Of a stretch of DNA of 64,000 nt, positions 8,657-18,900 are shown one piece after another (positions within the stretch are counted from its first letter, which is position 1; every line of letters begins with the position of its first letter). Below the pieces are notes generated by a model. It was given only the letters and a program-made list of their open reading frames with translations, ran no database searches and had not been told where the DNA came from. The position numbers and the translations under genes were made by a program. The stretch comes from a virus, in IMG/VR virus record IMGVR_UViG_3300031565_014867, positions 17,783 through 81,782 of that record; one strand, written 5' to 3'.

Positions 8657-10360
8657 TCACAGGAACGATTTGATGTCCTGGTTGGTCTCTCGTGCCGCTA
8701 CCAGCGGCAGAGCGATCTCGGCATAGGTTCGGGCGTGGGCGAAGTGGTCAGGGCCGGTCGAAACGAACGTCGCCACCACGTTGCCGCCGCTCTTGGCTTG
8801 CTGATCCTTCTTGGTGTCTTTCTTCTCGCGCTCGTAGGTCCGGACCGGCGCTTTCAAGTGCTCTTGGTATTCATGCGACACGTCGCGCGGCAGGATGATC
8901 CGCCGTGGTTGGCGAAACCGGCCGAGCGACGCACTGAGCCAGTTGGTTCGATCGACCGTGGCAAGCGGTGCTCCGTCTTCGTCGTCGGTGATCGAGATTT
9001 CCTTGGCCGTCACACCTCGCCGATAGCGGCACAGCCACACGTAGCCGGGAAACCGCTTGGCAAACCGTCGCGCTTCCATCGGCCACGGATCGGCGTCGAT
9101 CACGCAGGCGAGAACTTGCCACTCCCGCATCAGTTCGTCGAGCCGCTGGTCCCATTCGTCCTCGTAGAACTTGCCTTCCCACAGGACCTTGGCCGTGGCC
9201 ACCGCATTCAGGTCGTGCGTGTACTGGTCGTAGAACCACTCGCAGACCTCGACGTAGCTCCACTTGCCCTGGTCGACGCCCATCGTGATAATCCGCTCGC
9301 CGCCGATCTCCGGTCGGGCATCGTCTTTGGTGTGGTTGCGAACGCACGCCTGCAAATCCTCGTCGGTGACTTTGGCCCCGTCGCCAATGAACGGAAGGCC
9401 GAGCTTCGAGTTGTGGAATTCCTTATTGGCAAGCTCGTCGCCGAAGCCACGAAAATAGGCCACGACCAATTCGCCGGGCGTGACCGTGAAACTGTACAGT
9501 TGGTTGACATGAAACCCGCGAATGTCCGGGTTTGCGTTCTTCGCCGTCGCGTTCCACGTTCCCGTGCCTAGCCAATCGGGTTTCGTCTCGTGAACGAGCT
9601 TGTTCTTGCATTCCTTGCACTTGAGAAACGATTCGTGACATCGCACGTCCGCAACATGCTCGCCGATGATCTCGATGCAATCGGGCCACACGAACTCGGT
9701 CCACCGAGAACAGCAGGGGCACTTGAAGACGAAGTGCTCCTGCGTGCTTGTCATGTACAGCTTGTGGATGCCGTAGTTCGGGATCGTCGGCGTCGAGATT
9801 CCCCAGACGTGCTTGTGGACCTGGCCCGAAAGCCGCTCCAAGGCAAGCCATATCTGCTTCTGATCCATCTCGTCGATTTCGTCCAGGAACAACTCCGAGA
9901 CGGGAATCGACTTGAGATTGCTGTCGCCACGCGAGCCACGAATGTAGAGGGTGTTGGTCCCGGCCTGTTTCAGGTTGACCGTATTCGTATCCGTGAAAAT
10001 CTCGGCCAGCTTCGGACTCAAGGCCAACGCCGTGGCGAACCGTGCCTTGCTGAAATCGCTCGCATTCAGCGAAGTCGGCAAGACATAGAGGACATCGCGC
10101 CGTAGTCTGTCCAACACGTAGAGCGCCCGGTTGATCGCAACTTCCGTTACGCCTGCCTGCGCCGACTTCATCGCGTAGTTGAACGACGCATTGCTGTCGT
10201 GCATCTCGCGGACCCACGGGTGGTAGGTCCACGAATAGGGGCCAGGGAACGGTTCGCCCATCACGCGACGATTCGCCGCCCAACGCGAACAACTCGTCAA
10301 CGACCGGTCGGTCAGGCCGTCCGCGATGGACCGTTTCAATTCGTCGATCAAGTTGCTCAT
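8657..10360 (-). CDS. terL: Terminase large subunit (lambda gpA-like)
   Basis: MKSAQAGVTE Walker A, LFLDEIDE Walker B, ISTPT, CPCC/CKEC, TMGVDQG nuclease motif, DHFAHA. Confidence 0.93.
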   Translation of the reverse strand: MSNLIDELKRSIADGLTDRSLTSCSRWAANRRVMGEPFPGPYSWTYHPWVREMHDSNASFNYAMKSAQAGVTEVAINRALYVLDRLRRDVLYVLPTSLNASDFSKARFATALALSPKLAEIFTDTNTVNLKQAGTNTLYIRGSRGDSNLKSIPVSELFLDEIDEMDQKQIWLALERLSGQVHKHVWGISTPTIPNYGIHKLYMTSTQEHFVFKCPCCSRWTEFVWPDCIEIIGEHVADVRCHESFLKCKECKNKLVHETKPDWLGTGTWNATAKNANPDIRGFHVNQLYSFTVTPGELVVAYFRGFGDELANKEFHNSKLGLPFIGDGAKVTDEDLQACVRNHTKDDARPEIGGERIITMGVDQGKWSYVEVCEWFYDQYTHDLNAVATAKVLWEGKFYEDEWDQRLDELMREWQVLACVIDADPWPMEARRFAKRFPGYVWLCRYRRGVTAKEISITDDEDGAPLATVDRTNWLSASLGRFRQPRRIILPRDVSHEYQEHLKAPVRTYEREKKDTKKDQQAKSGGNVVATFVSTGPDHFAHARTYAEIALPLVAARETNQDIKSFL

Positions 10361-10468
10361 TCACCGGCCCCTTGTCGGGAAATCGCACACCCGAGAGGGA
10401 AACGACCAGCAGCAAGGCAGCGATCGACGCTTGGAAGGCTGTTGCGTTCATTCGGGCGCTCTCGTGGC

Positions 10469-10816
10469 TTACGGTTGGGGAACTTCAGGCTTGGGAGCAT
10501 CCGCCTTCTTCTCAGCGGGCTTCTCGATCGGCTTGTCAGCGGGCTTGGGCTTCGGCGGATCGTTCTTCGCTGGGGCTTCGCTTGTGGCCTTCAAGACGAT
10601 CGGCTCGATCCGCATGTCCGGCTCGCCGCAGGCGTTACACAGTTGGGCCGTGACTCCGACCTGGTGCTCGCGCATCCCCTTCGGGATCGCCACTTCCAAC
10701 GTCGAATGGGAATCGTCCAGCGTCGTCGTGGTCTCGCCCTTCGGCGTCTTCACCGTCACGCGGACCAGTGGATGCGTCTGACTCGACGGCAGATTCACTG
10801 TCAACACGTTCTGCAT
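10469..10816 (-). CDS. Hypothetical protein with a P/K-rich tail
   Basis: GAGGA RBS; co-oriented within the operon. Confidence 0.6.
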   Translation of the reverse strand: MQNVLTVNLPSSQTHPLVRVTVKTPKGETTTTLDDSHSTLEVAIPKGMREHQVGVTAQLCNACGEPDMRIEPIVLKATSEAPAKNDPPKPKPADKPIEKPAEKKADAPKPEVPQP

Positions 10817-11132
10817 GGTCTTGTTCCTCGGTGGATTGGATGATCTGGTCCAGGTCGTCCCGCAGCATATTGAGTTGCGGAATCGAACAGCCGGGGATGC
10901 CGGTCATCGCGTAGGTTTCCAGCATCCGAAGGTGGGCACCAACTGCCGTACACGCCCGAGCCCAAAGCCCCGCCCCTTGGTCATGCGTGAACTGGTCGGG
11001 CGTCACGACCGGGGCCGCTGCGGAGGACGCTTTCTTCGTCTGCCCGCAACCCGGGCACGGCTCTTTCGTTCGAGCCACGTTCGTCCCCGGCTTGGGGCCG
11101 CGTTGGTTCATCGGATCGTTGCGAACGGCCAT
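10635..11132 (-). CDS. Hypothetical protein (CPGC motif); 3' end overlaps the next gene
   Basis: GGAGG RBS before the ATG at 11132. Confidence 0.5.
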   Translation of the reverse strand: MAVRNDPMNQRGPKPGTNVARTKEPCPGCGQTKKASSAAAPVVTPDQFTHDQGAGLWARACTAVGAHLRMLETYAMTGIPGCSIPQLNMLRDDLDQIIQSTEEQDHAERVDSESAVESDASTGPRDGEDAEGRDHDDAGRFPFDVGSGDPEGDARAPGRSHGPTV

Positions 11133-11147
11133 TGGGGCCTCCGTGAG

Positions 11148-11522
11148 TTAGAACAGGCGAAGGATGAAGCGGAGGATTTTGATGAGCAGAAGGATGCTCT
11201 CAGTCCGCTCCACTTCCTCACCGTCTTTCAGGACGATGTAGGTCGGCAGTCGCCGGACCCGGTACTTCCGCACCAAGTCGGGCCGGGCGTCGTAGTCGAT
11301 CTCGATCACCTCGACGCCTTGTCGCCGCAGGTCGGCCAGTTTGGGTTTGTCCTGCTGGCACGCCTGGCACCAGTCGACCGTGAAGGCCAAGACCTGGTGC
11401 GTGGTCTGTGGCGTGGGGGTCGGACGCGAGCGGTCCGGTGTCTTCAGTGAGGGGGAAGGCGTTTGCACTTCGCACCCACAGAAGAGCACCAGGACCGTCG
11501 CAGTGAGAAGAAACCGACGCAT
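11148..11522 (-). CDS. Thioredoxin-like lipoprotein
   Basis: Signal peptide ending LFCGC; AFTVDWCQACQ active site; YRVRRLPTYIVLKDGEEV. Confidence 0.85.
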   Translation of the reverse strand: MRRFLLTATVLVLFCGCEVQTPSPSLKTPDRSRPTPTPQTTHQVLAFTVDWCQACQQDKPKLADLRRQGVEVIEIDYDARPDLVRKYRVRRLPTYIVLKDGEEVERTESILLLIKILRFILRLF

Positions 11523-11938
11523 CAGACCACCGCCGGCGTCAAGGGGGAGGGACTCGCGGGCTGCGGCGTGGCGGGCTTGTCGAACTCCGCCAACTTGGCG
11601 GCAACGTAGGTCCGGCCTTCCTTGCTTCGGAGCTTCGCTTCCAAGACACGCTCGAAGACGTGCTGGAATTCCTTGACGACGTGCTCCTCGCCGCTGAGGA
11701 ACAACCGCGACAGATCGCCGATCTTGTGGGCCATGCCCGAATAATCCCCGACGCTGTAGTCGACCAGGAATTCGGGCGTCTTCTCCAGACCGTAGCTTTT
11801 CAGCACGGCGGCCAACTTGGCGGCACCGCGCCGACGATCCTCAATCTCCGTGTCCTTCTGGAAGAGCCACTTCGCGCCGAGGAAAGTCACGAGCGGGAGC
11901 AAGACCAGGATGGCGATGCTGGAAGGGGTGAGTACCAT
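11522..11938 (-). CDS. Membrane-anchored helical hypothetical protein
   Basis: N-terminal TM (IAILVLLPLVTFLGA); GAGG RBS; abuts the next gene. Confidence 0.7.
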   Translation of the reverse strand: MVLTPSSIAILVLLPLVTFLGAKWLFQKDTEIEDRRRGAAKLAAVLKSYGLEKTPEFLVDYSVGDYSGMAHKIGDLSRLFLSGEEHVVKEFQHVFERVLEAKLRSKEGRTYVAAKLAEFDKPATPQPASPSPLTPAVV

Positions 11939-12003
11939 TTGTGTACCTCGTTGTGAAAAGGTGGTTGTCGAAGAGAACGGGACTAGACGAGACGTTGCCG
12001 AGC

Positions 12004-12675
12004 CTACTTGCTGCCCGAGGGGTAGTAGGTCTCTTTCCACTTGGCGACCAGGCCGGCACCCGCGCCGAGCACGCCCAGGCCAACGAGCGCCCACCAGGGC
12101 GGCAGGCCCGACGTCGGTTCGGGGGCCACGTCGGGCGGTCCCGTATGGTCCAACGGCTGCGGGGCCGGGTCCGGCTGAGGCTGGGGCTCCGGCTGGGGTT
12201 GCGGTTGAGGCTGCGGGCAACACCGGCGTCGGCGGAACAGTTCAGTTCGGATCGCCTGATCCAAGGCGTCGGCCGACATGGGGATATCCTGGCCGCACAC
12301 TTGGTATTGCACTTTCCCATCGGCCGACTGAATCCGGACGCACGGCACTTGTCGCGTGCTCTTCGCATAGCGGTCGCGGAAAATCGCCGTGGTCGTGGCG
12401 ATCGGATGGAAATGTGTCTGGGCCTTCAGGTGTTTCAGGCTCGGGTGCGAATCGAACCAACCCTTGACGGTCTGATACCTCGCATCGCACGGGTTGCCGA
12501 CCACGCTGATGTGCCACTTGCCCTGATCGGCGGGCAGGTCGATCACACGCTCTTCGGCGTGCAGAACGCCGTAGGCCGCATCGGCCTTCAACTCGTCAGC
12601 GGAATCGTCCGCCCAACAAGGGCAGGCTGTGGCGACAATCGCCAACAGCATCAGGGAACACAAAACTCGGATCAT
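12004..12675 (-). CDS. Exported protein with a possible degenerate thioredoxin-like domain, PQ linker and C-terminal TM anchor
   Basis: Signal peptide ending CWA; RYAKSTRQVPCVRIQ; (PQ)n; WWALVGLGVLGAGAGLV. Confidence 0.65.
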   Translation of the reverse strand: MIRVLCSLMLLAIVATACPCWADDSADELKADAAYGVLHAEERVIDLPADQGKWHISVVGNPCDARYQTVKGWFDSHPSLKHLKAQTHFHPIATTTAIFRDRYAKSTRQVPCVRIQSADGKVQYQVCGQDIPMSADALDQAIRTELFRRRRCCPQPQPQPQPEPQPQPDPAPQPLDHTGPPDVAPEPTSGLPPWWALVGLGVLGAGAGLVAKWKETYYPSGSK

Positions 12676-13271
12676 CGGTCCCTCCAATACGGTAAGGGTG
12701 GAGCGGGAGAATACACGGGCGTTGTCGCCCACGAATTGCTGTTGAACCATTCAGCGAGGAACGTCTTGCGCGGAACCCACTTGATCTGGCGGGGATCGTT
12801 GTTGTCGAGGATGCCGGCCCACTGGTCGTCGAAGTGGACCAGACAAACCATGTGCCGGCCGCCGAGAACCGTCACGCCGCAGCCTCGCCGGGTTGAGCAC
12901 GCCCATTCAAGAAAACCCACGTCATCGCCGCCGACCGTGTACGCGAAGCGGACGCCTTCTCGCTCCATCTTGTCGGCCAGACCGGCCGCCCATTCACCGT
13001 TGCCGTAGGTCCGCCGCCAGTAGTCGGCCATCGCGTTGCGGCCCTGCCATCGGAACAGCGAGATCATCGAGGCGTGGACGCACGAGCCCTCACCCTCGTT
13101 GCCTCGCCAGTTGGCCTGACGCAAGGCGACCGGCAGGTTGACGGTCGGGTATTCGATCGGCGTGGTCGGGGCCGGGCGATTGTCTACCGGCTCGTTGTCG
13201 AGACGGAGTTCGATACCGTCGCAACCCGCGACCGCGGCCAAGAGCAATGCGATGACGGACAGTCGCTTCAT
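12672..13271 (-). CDS. Papain-like (C39-like) cysteine peptidase lipoprotein
   Basis: Lipobox AVAGC; EGSCVHAS (Cys), GRHMVCLV (His), ILDNN (Asp/Asn). Confidence 0.72.
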   Translation of the reverse strand: MKRLSVIALLLAAVAGCDGIELRLDNEPVDNRPAPTTPIEYPTVNLPVALRQANWRGNEGEGSCVHASMISLFRWQGRNAMADYWRRTYGNGEWAAGLADKMEREGVRFAYTVGGDDVGFLEWACSTRRGCGVTVLGGRHMVCLVHFDDQWAGILDNNDPRQIKWVPRKTFLAEWFNSNSWATTPVYSPAPPLPYWRDR

Positions 13272-13864
13272 TTGAGCCTCCAGGGTTTCAGCAGGATTCC
13301 TCGTCGCCGCTCCGTCCGAACCAATCGGTTTGGGCTCCAACGGCCAGCGTGGTCGGTGCGGAAAACGCCGACACGGGCGTGCGCCGCTGCGCAATACTCG
13401 GAGCAAAACAAACTCGAAAGGTCTTGCCGGCGGAGTTTCGATTCGAGCCACGACCATCCGATCCCGCCTGCTCGGAAAGCGCCAATCGCGTCATAGTCCT
13501 TGCCGATGTACTCCAGCAGGAACGCACTGAGCCGCTTGCTCTCAAACGGATACAGCGGTCGGTAGAGCGGGTAATGCCACACCTTGCCGCCATACGCTTG
13601 CACACACTCGTCGAGCCGGTGAGCCTGTGTGCCCCAGACCGGCTTTCTTTGAATCGCGCACGACAGTTCTGAGAGCGATGTCGATTCAAACAGCAGCAGT
13701 TCGCCGTCGTGCTCGCCGACGATGCCGACGTGGCTCAAACTCCAGAACGGGATGCCATACGTCGCCAGGTTGATCCCGACGCTCAGCCAGCTATCGCCGC
13801 TGAAACCGATGATCTCACCGGCTTTCGGCGTGGGCCGAGGCTTCTTGGATAGAGAGAGGATCAT
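13268..13864 (-). CDS. Permuted papain-like NlpC/P60 (YiiX/YebB-like) amidase
   Basis: GEIIGF, SHVGIV (His), FES, GKDYD, FCSEYC (Cys) in permuted order. Confidence 0.8.
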   Translation of the reverse strand: MILSLSKKPRPTPKAGEIIGFSGDSWLSVGINLATYGIPFWSLSHVGIVGEHDGELLLFESTSLSELSCAIQRKPVWGTQAHRLDECVQAYGGKVWHYPLYRPLYPFESKRLSAFLLEYIGKDYDAIGAFRAGGIGWSWLESKLRRQDLSSLFCSEYCAAAHARVGVFRTDHAGRWSPNRLVRTERRRGILLKPWRLK

Positions 13865-14123
13865 GGGCGCGTGTCCGAACGGACGCTTGGTGGGCGAATA
13901 ACCCGCCGGGGCCGAGCTGCGCTTCGGCAAGTCCGGCGGGGAATGGATGGAGCCCGACAAACGGATTCGCTGCCGGACTACCCGATCGGCGCGTTTGATG
14001 GCCGCACCGGGTTTTGTAAGAAGGTGGGAGGAGGGCAGAAAAAGCTAGGTGGGAGGCCCGATGGGCTGGTAGGTCCATCGGGCAAACCCGGCTTTGGCGA
14101 GGTGAGCCGTGCCGGGGGAGTCG

Positions 14124-14669
14124 TCAGTCAGTGTCAGCCGACGTGGTGCCGGCTGCGACGATCGCCTCAACGATTCGATGGTTGATGCGATCGACGATCG
14201 CCTCGTAGTCGTCGATTCCTTCGAGTTCTTCAACGATGACTTGGGAAATGGACTGGCCCAGCGCCAGCACGGTCGGCTTCGAGAGGAGGGCACCGAGGTT
14301 CTGCTCGATGGAGTGCGCCGACTTGACAAGCCGCTCCACGGTCAGCAGGGCCGTATTGATCGGCCCGAAGGCCGCAATCAGGTCGCCGTCGTTCTTGACC
14401 TTGTTGAACCGTTCCTCGATCAACATCCGGGCCAACGCGATCTCGTCCCTGAGCGACTTGATCTGCTCGTGCTCCGACAACTGGGCCAGTCGCATCCGAT
14501 GCTGCGCCTTCGTCAGAAGGTACAGTCGCTTATCCTGCACCGCTTCCTTGTCCCGGCCCCCGTGGACGCGGCACCGATCGCAGCCGGGCTCGGCCACGTT
14601 CAAGCACTGCCCTTCGGGAGCAGCGCCCGTGCATCGTCTCGGGTCAGCCGGGTCTTTGACGCGGTGCAT
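14124..14669 (-). CDS. Candidate terminase small subunit (C-C-C-H zinc knuckle ending RCRVHGG, then helical)
   Basis: RRCTG..QC..RCRVHGG and SLRDEIALAR; first gene of the late operon. Confidence 0.55.
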   Translation of the reverse strand: MHRVKDPADPRRCTGAAPEGQCLNVAEPGCDRCRVHGGRDKEAVQDKRLYLLTKAQHRMRLAQLSEHEQIKSLRDEIALARMLIEERFNKVKNDGDLIAAFGPINTALLTVERLVKSAHSIEQNLGALLSKPTVLALGQSISQVIVEELEGIDDYEAIVDRINHRIVEAIVAAGTTSADTD

Positions 14670-14700
14670 ATTGTGTCTCGTTTGGTTCCGAACGAAAGCC

Positions 14701-14746
14701 TCTACTAAAGTAAAGTGATTTGAAGGGGGGTTTGTTTCAAGAATCT
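14701..14746 (-). promoter_or_regulatory. 46-bp motif, copy 1 (head of the late operon)
   Basis: Minus strand AGATTCTTGAAACAAACCCCCCTTCAAATCACTTTACTTTAGTAGA; two more copies at 39.2-39.4 kb. Confidence 0.75.
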
Positions 14747-14862
14747 GAAGATTATCGCTGATTCGCGGCGATTCGCGGAGACTCCACGGAGAAGCACGCA
14801 AGAAGAGAAACTGCCGCGTCGGAAGTCCAACGCGGCAGCGCGATGAAGGTGCGAACTACGAG

Positions 14863-15576
14863 CTACGAAGCCCGAAGCAGAACACGGCGGACGGCTGCCC
14901 GCGTGAACGGTTTCTTTGCCGTGGTGCGGTGGCCTTGCTCGTTGAGCCACTCGGCGATCTGTTGGAACGACTCGCCGGACACGCGCCGATCGCGGATCGC
15001 CGGCACGAGGAAGTCGTAGGCTTCTCGTGCTCGCTTGGATCGCTTCTCGGCGGCCACCTGTGTTGCCTTCGCTTGCCCTTTCGCCCGAAGGTGTTCCCGA
15101 TCCTGCCAATGATCGCAACGGGCTGAACCGAGCCGCACGCCACGGGCTTTGGCCGCTTTCAAGGCTGCCTTGGTCCGCGCACTGATGCGTTGGGCTTCGT
15201 CTTCGGCGACGGCTGCCAGGATGTGGATGGTCAGTCGATTGGCGTTTGGGTTGTCGCAGGCGACGAAGTCGACGCCGCTGTTCATCAGCCCGGCTGTAAA
15301 ATGGACGTTGCGTGCCAGCCGATCCAACTTGGCAATAACGAGCGTGGCCCCCGAGAGCTTGGCGTGGGCGATCGCCTTGGCCAGTTCGGGTCGATCCGCG
15401 CGCTTGCCGGTTTCGACCTCGGTGTACTCGGCGAGAATCTCGCCATCGTTCCGACTGGCGAAACTCCATACTTCCGCTTGTTGGGCTTCCAGGCCGAGTC
15501 CGCTGCGGCCTTGCTTCCTGGTACTGACCCGGTAGTACGGGATGATCTCCTGTTTGCTCTTCTGTTGCGTTACCAT
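14863..15576 (-). CDS. Serine recombinase (resolvase domain plus short recombinase/HTH domain)
   Basis: YYRVSTRKQGRSGLGLEAQ, RPELAKAI, LVIAKLDRLARN, ISARTKAAL..G. Confidence 0.92.
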   Translation of the reverse strand: MVTQQKSKQEIIPYYRVSTRKQGRSGLGLEAQQAEVWSFASRNDGEILAEYTEVETGKRADRPELAKAIAHAKLSGATLVIAKLDRLARNVHFTAGLMNSGVDFVACDNPNANRLTIHILAAVAEDEAQRISARTKAALKAAKARGVRLGSARCDHWQDREHLRAKGQAKATQVAAEKRSKRAREAYDFLVPAIRDRRVSGESFQQIAEWLNEQGHRTTAKKPFTRAAVRRVLLRAS

Positions 15577-15609
15577 TTGTTCCTCGCGATGCGTCGTCAA
15601 GATGGTCCG

Positions 15610-15645
15610 TTTCCTTCAGCTTGCTCGATCCTCGGCTGAAGTCAA
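15610..15645 (-). promoter_or_regulatory. Recombinase promoter/operator with CTTCAG/CTGAAG half-sites
   Basis: Minus strand TTGACTTCAG..CTGAAGGAAA, shared with the 28.9 and 33.4 kb sites. Confidence 0.5.
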
Positions 15646-15950
15646 GTCGACATTATCAGGGCGAACGCTCGCTCAGAACTGCGCACCGCCTCACTGGTTC
15701 CCGAAGACGAGAGAATTCGGCGATGACGGAGCAGGACACTGAGTCATGCAGCCAGATTGGGGGGGGCTTGAGGCCGCAAGGTCGCGAGATTGAGGACGGT
15801 GGTGAGTGGACCTGGTGGTCTCGCCCAGACAATGCCGCGGATGTACGAGAGCGCCGGCATCGGTTATCATTTCGGGGTCCAAATGTCGTTGCTTCGTTTC
15901 AAGGAATTGCACCCCAGCTTGGGGGGCCATAGGTTCATGGGCGCATTCCG

Positions 15951-18900
15951 ATGAGTGCCGACACGTTTCCCTTCGAGATCCATTCCAACCTTGAACTGGG
16001 TGCCCTTCCTCCGCAATTGCGGGCGCTTAGCCGGTTCGTCGCCGAACGCTCAGAGACTGCCCACCCTTGGGGAAACCTTCATGTTACCTGGTCCAGTGAC
16101 TGGTCAGATCTGACCCTTCTTGCGTACTTCGGGCAAGTGCTGCGACTATGCCAGAGGCGATTCGCCCAGGTCAACCTTCAACTGGATGGCCCGATGGTCA
16201 AGAAGATCCCGTTCTTGTGGAAGTGTGGGTTCTTTGACTGCGTGCGGGCCAACCGCGTCGGGAGCATTCTGGAATGCTTCCCGGATCCTTGGCGCCATCG
16301 CCCAGACACCGACCTCGTCCGCGCCAACTACACGCCTCTCGTCATGTTGGATGTCGCTCCAGTTGGCCAAGGTGACACCAAGCCCCAGTTCAGAGACCGT
16401 CAGGTGACCGACTGCATTAACGATTGGGACGTCGGTCTCCGTTCCACCGCATCTTTTCCTGTGGTGCGCAACGCCGATGCTATCCACTCGCGAGAGTATC
16501 TTTACTTGTTATTGTGGGAACTCCTGAATAATGCATACATCCACTCCGAAACTCATCATGTCACGCTCGCGGGGCAGATATTTTTGTCGCAAGAACACAT
16601 CGCCGCCTTGAAGAACCTTGCCGATGATATCAGCAACGATTATCTGCTCCAATCCGCGGGCTCAGTCCCTTCGCTTCTCGACGCGTTGGCAGTGCAGCAC
16701 AGAATCGAAGTACAACACACCCAGTTGACGGCTCGCCGTACCTGGTTGAAAAACCACAGAGATCGGTCTTTCCTGTTGCTTAGTTGCACCGATTCCGGAA
16801 TGGGTATCCCGCAATCTCTGAAAAGGTCGGAGGTCGTCGCAGAGCAAGAAACCGATGGTCACGCGCTGGCGCGTGCCTTCAGTCCGTGGACATCGACGCG
16901 ACGGAATGATCCTACTTTGTATGACGTTCACGGGTTGTCGCAGATCCTCCGACTCGTGGAAGAGTACGACGGATATTTGTTCCTGCAAAGTGGTGCCGCG
17001 TACCTAGAGTTCACGCGCACTACGCCGTTGTCCGATGGACAACGACTCCCCGAAGAGAGGGTCCTAGACGGCTCGCTATTTCAAATCCTTCTACCTCTGA
17101 GCGCGGAGCCTGCCAGTCGGCCGGTTCGCAAGTGGATGGCGCCCGGCCACTCGCCGGGATCCCCGGAGCCCGCCGATCCCGAACACAGAAGTGTCTTCGT
17201 GGTCGGCGAACTACGGCGTGCCGGAATCGACGTTCCCGTACGAGAGGAGGACTGGACGCGAGCGGCCGACGTGGTGATCCGTTGTGCTGATGCGATCACT
17301 ACCGATCCCCTATTTCTCGATCTTGTCCGGATGCCACACGATCACCAGTTCCTGAGTTTCCTTTTGCGAAGCGTCCGCCGCACCAGACTCTCGCACGGCG
17401 TTGTAGTGGTCAACGCGTCGCGTGAGTTTCTAGCGATTGCCAAGAACATGCAGAGGATCGATCTGGGTGACATCGCGGATGAACAAGTGAAGAGTTGCGC
17501 CGAACTAGATCGAGACTTGGCCCTGGCACTCAGCCGAGGAGAGATCGGGTGCTTGCCGCTGTTGCTGCCTTTCTTGGCACTCGCTGACGACGGAAGTCCC
17601 GCGGGTGTTCTGTGGCTTGGACTAGGTTGCTACGCACCGACACGGCGACGGGCAGTGGAAATCGCCTTGAACTATCTCCTGGGCTCGGAGGGAGCTGAGT
17701 TCAGTTGGAAAGAACTGTTTGAAATCGCTACTGCCCACGATCCAGTAGAAGGTCTTACCGAACAGGAATTTGGCTTACTCTTTGACGCTATCGTTCGCTG
17801 CAATCGGTCATTACTCGCCCCGGTTGCTGGCGGATGTCGCTCGGTGTTGACATCTTACGATGTGGAGTACGTTTCACTGGCCTCACTCCGAAAGGAAGTG
17901 GAAAACCTGATACCGCGGATGGAACACCAAAAGGCTCGCGACCAGCAGGACTTCCTCTATAGTCTCGCCTGGCACCCGCCCGAGCGGCGTTTCCGTAAGC
18001 GCTACTATCGTACTTGGCCTGTGCTCGCGGATGAGCACTATCGTCACATCTGCGCGCGATTGCTCGTGCAACAAGCCTATGAGACTCTGGGAGACGTGGT
18101 TGCGGCGGCCCGCGCCGTCGTTTGCGCCACGCCCTCGGCAGGGCTGCTGGGACGAGAGGTCGCTGCGATTCTCGGTACGGCCTTCTACGAAGTCCCGAGC
18201 ATTTATGAGATCGATCATCGGGATTGGATCCCACGGCTCAACGGACCCGCGATTGTGGTCGACGACGTTCTCGACACTGGTACACTTACACAGCAGTTGG
18301 TGCAGTACCTACAAAAGGTCGGGGCACACTGTCCCTGTGTCCTCACACTCCTGGAAAACGCGGAAACAGCGCAAGAAAGGCCCAGCCTGCCCCTCGTTCT
18401 GAAGGGGAGTGCCATCGACCTCGGTATTCCGACGACGGAAGAAGTGGCAAGGGCTATCGAGTCTCAAGGCTACTTTGAGGTCGATCCGCACACACTCGAC
18501 CCGCTTCCTCCCAGAACCTCGGCTCGTGATTCCCTGTCCAGGGAAACGCGCCGGCGCCTCGAAACGCTGGCGCATGAAAAGGCCATCTTCAGCGGGCATA
18601 TCGTGCATGGAGACCACCACTACAACATGTACTTCAGCCTGCGCGATGCTCTCGCGTCACCGACAGCGCGCGATGAAATCCTGACATGGGTGCTCGACGA
18701 GATCCGCGCGTTTGCCCGACAAGCACAGAAGCAAGGGGCTCACGCGATTACGCTCGTATATCCGTACTACTCGCCCGTCTACAGACTAGTCTCGCGAATA
18801 CTCGCTCGTTGGTACCAAGAAGCCGCAGTTGGCGTCGAACTTCGCTGCCTGGTGGCCAAGCCATGCCAATTGAGTGGAACTCGCATCGGGTATCAACTGG

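Noticed and set aside
12168-12217. GGCTG(A/C/G)G short tandem repeat
   Set aside because: Encodes the PQ linker of the exported protein
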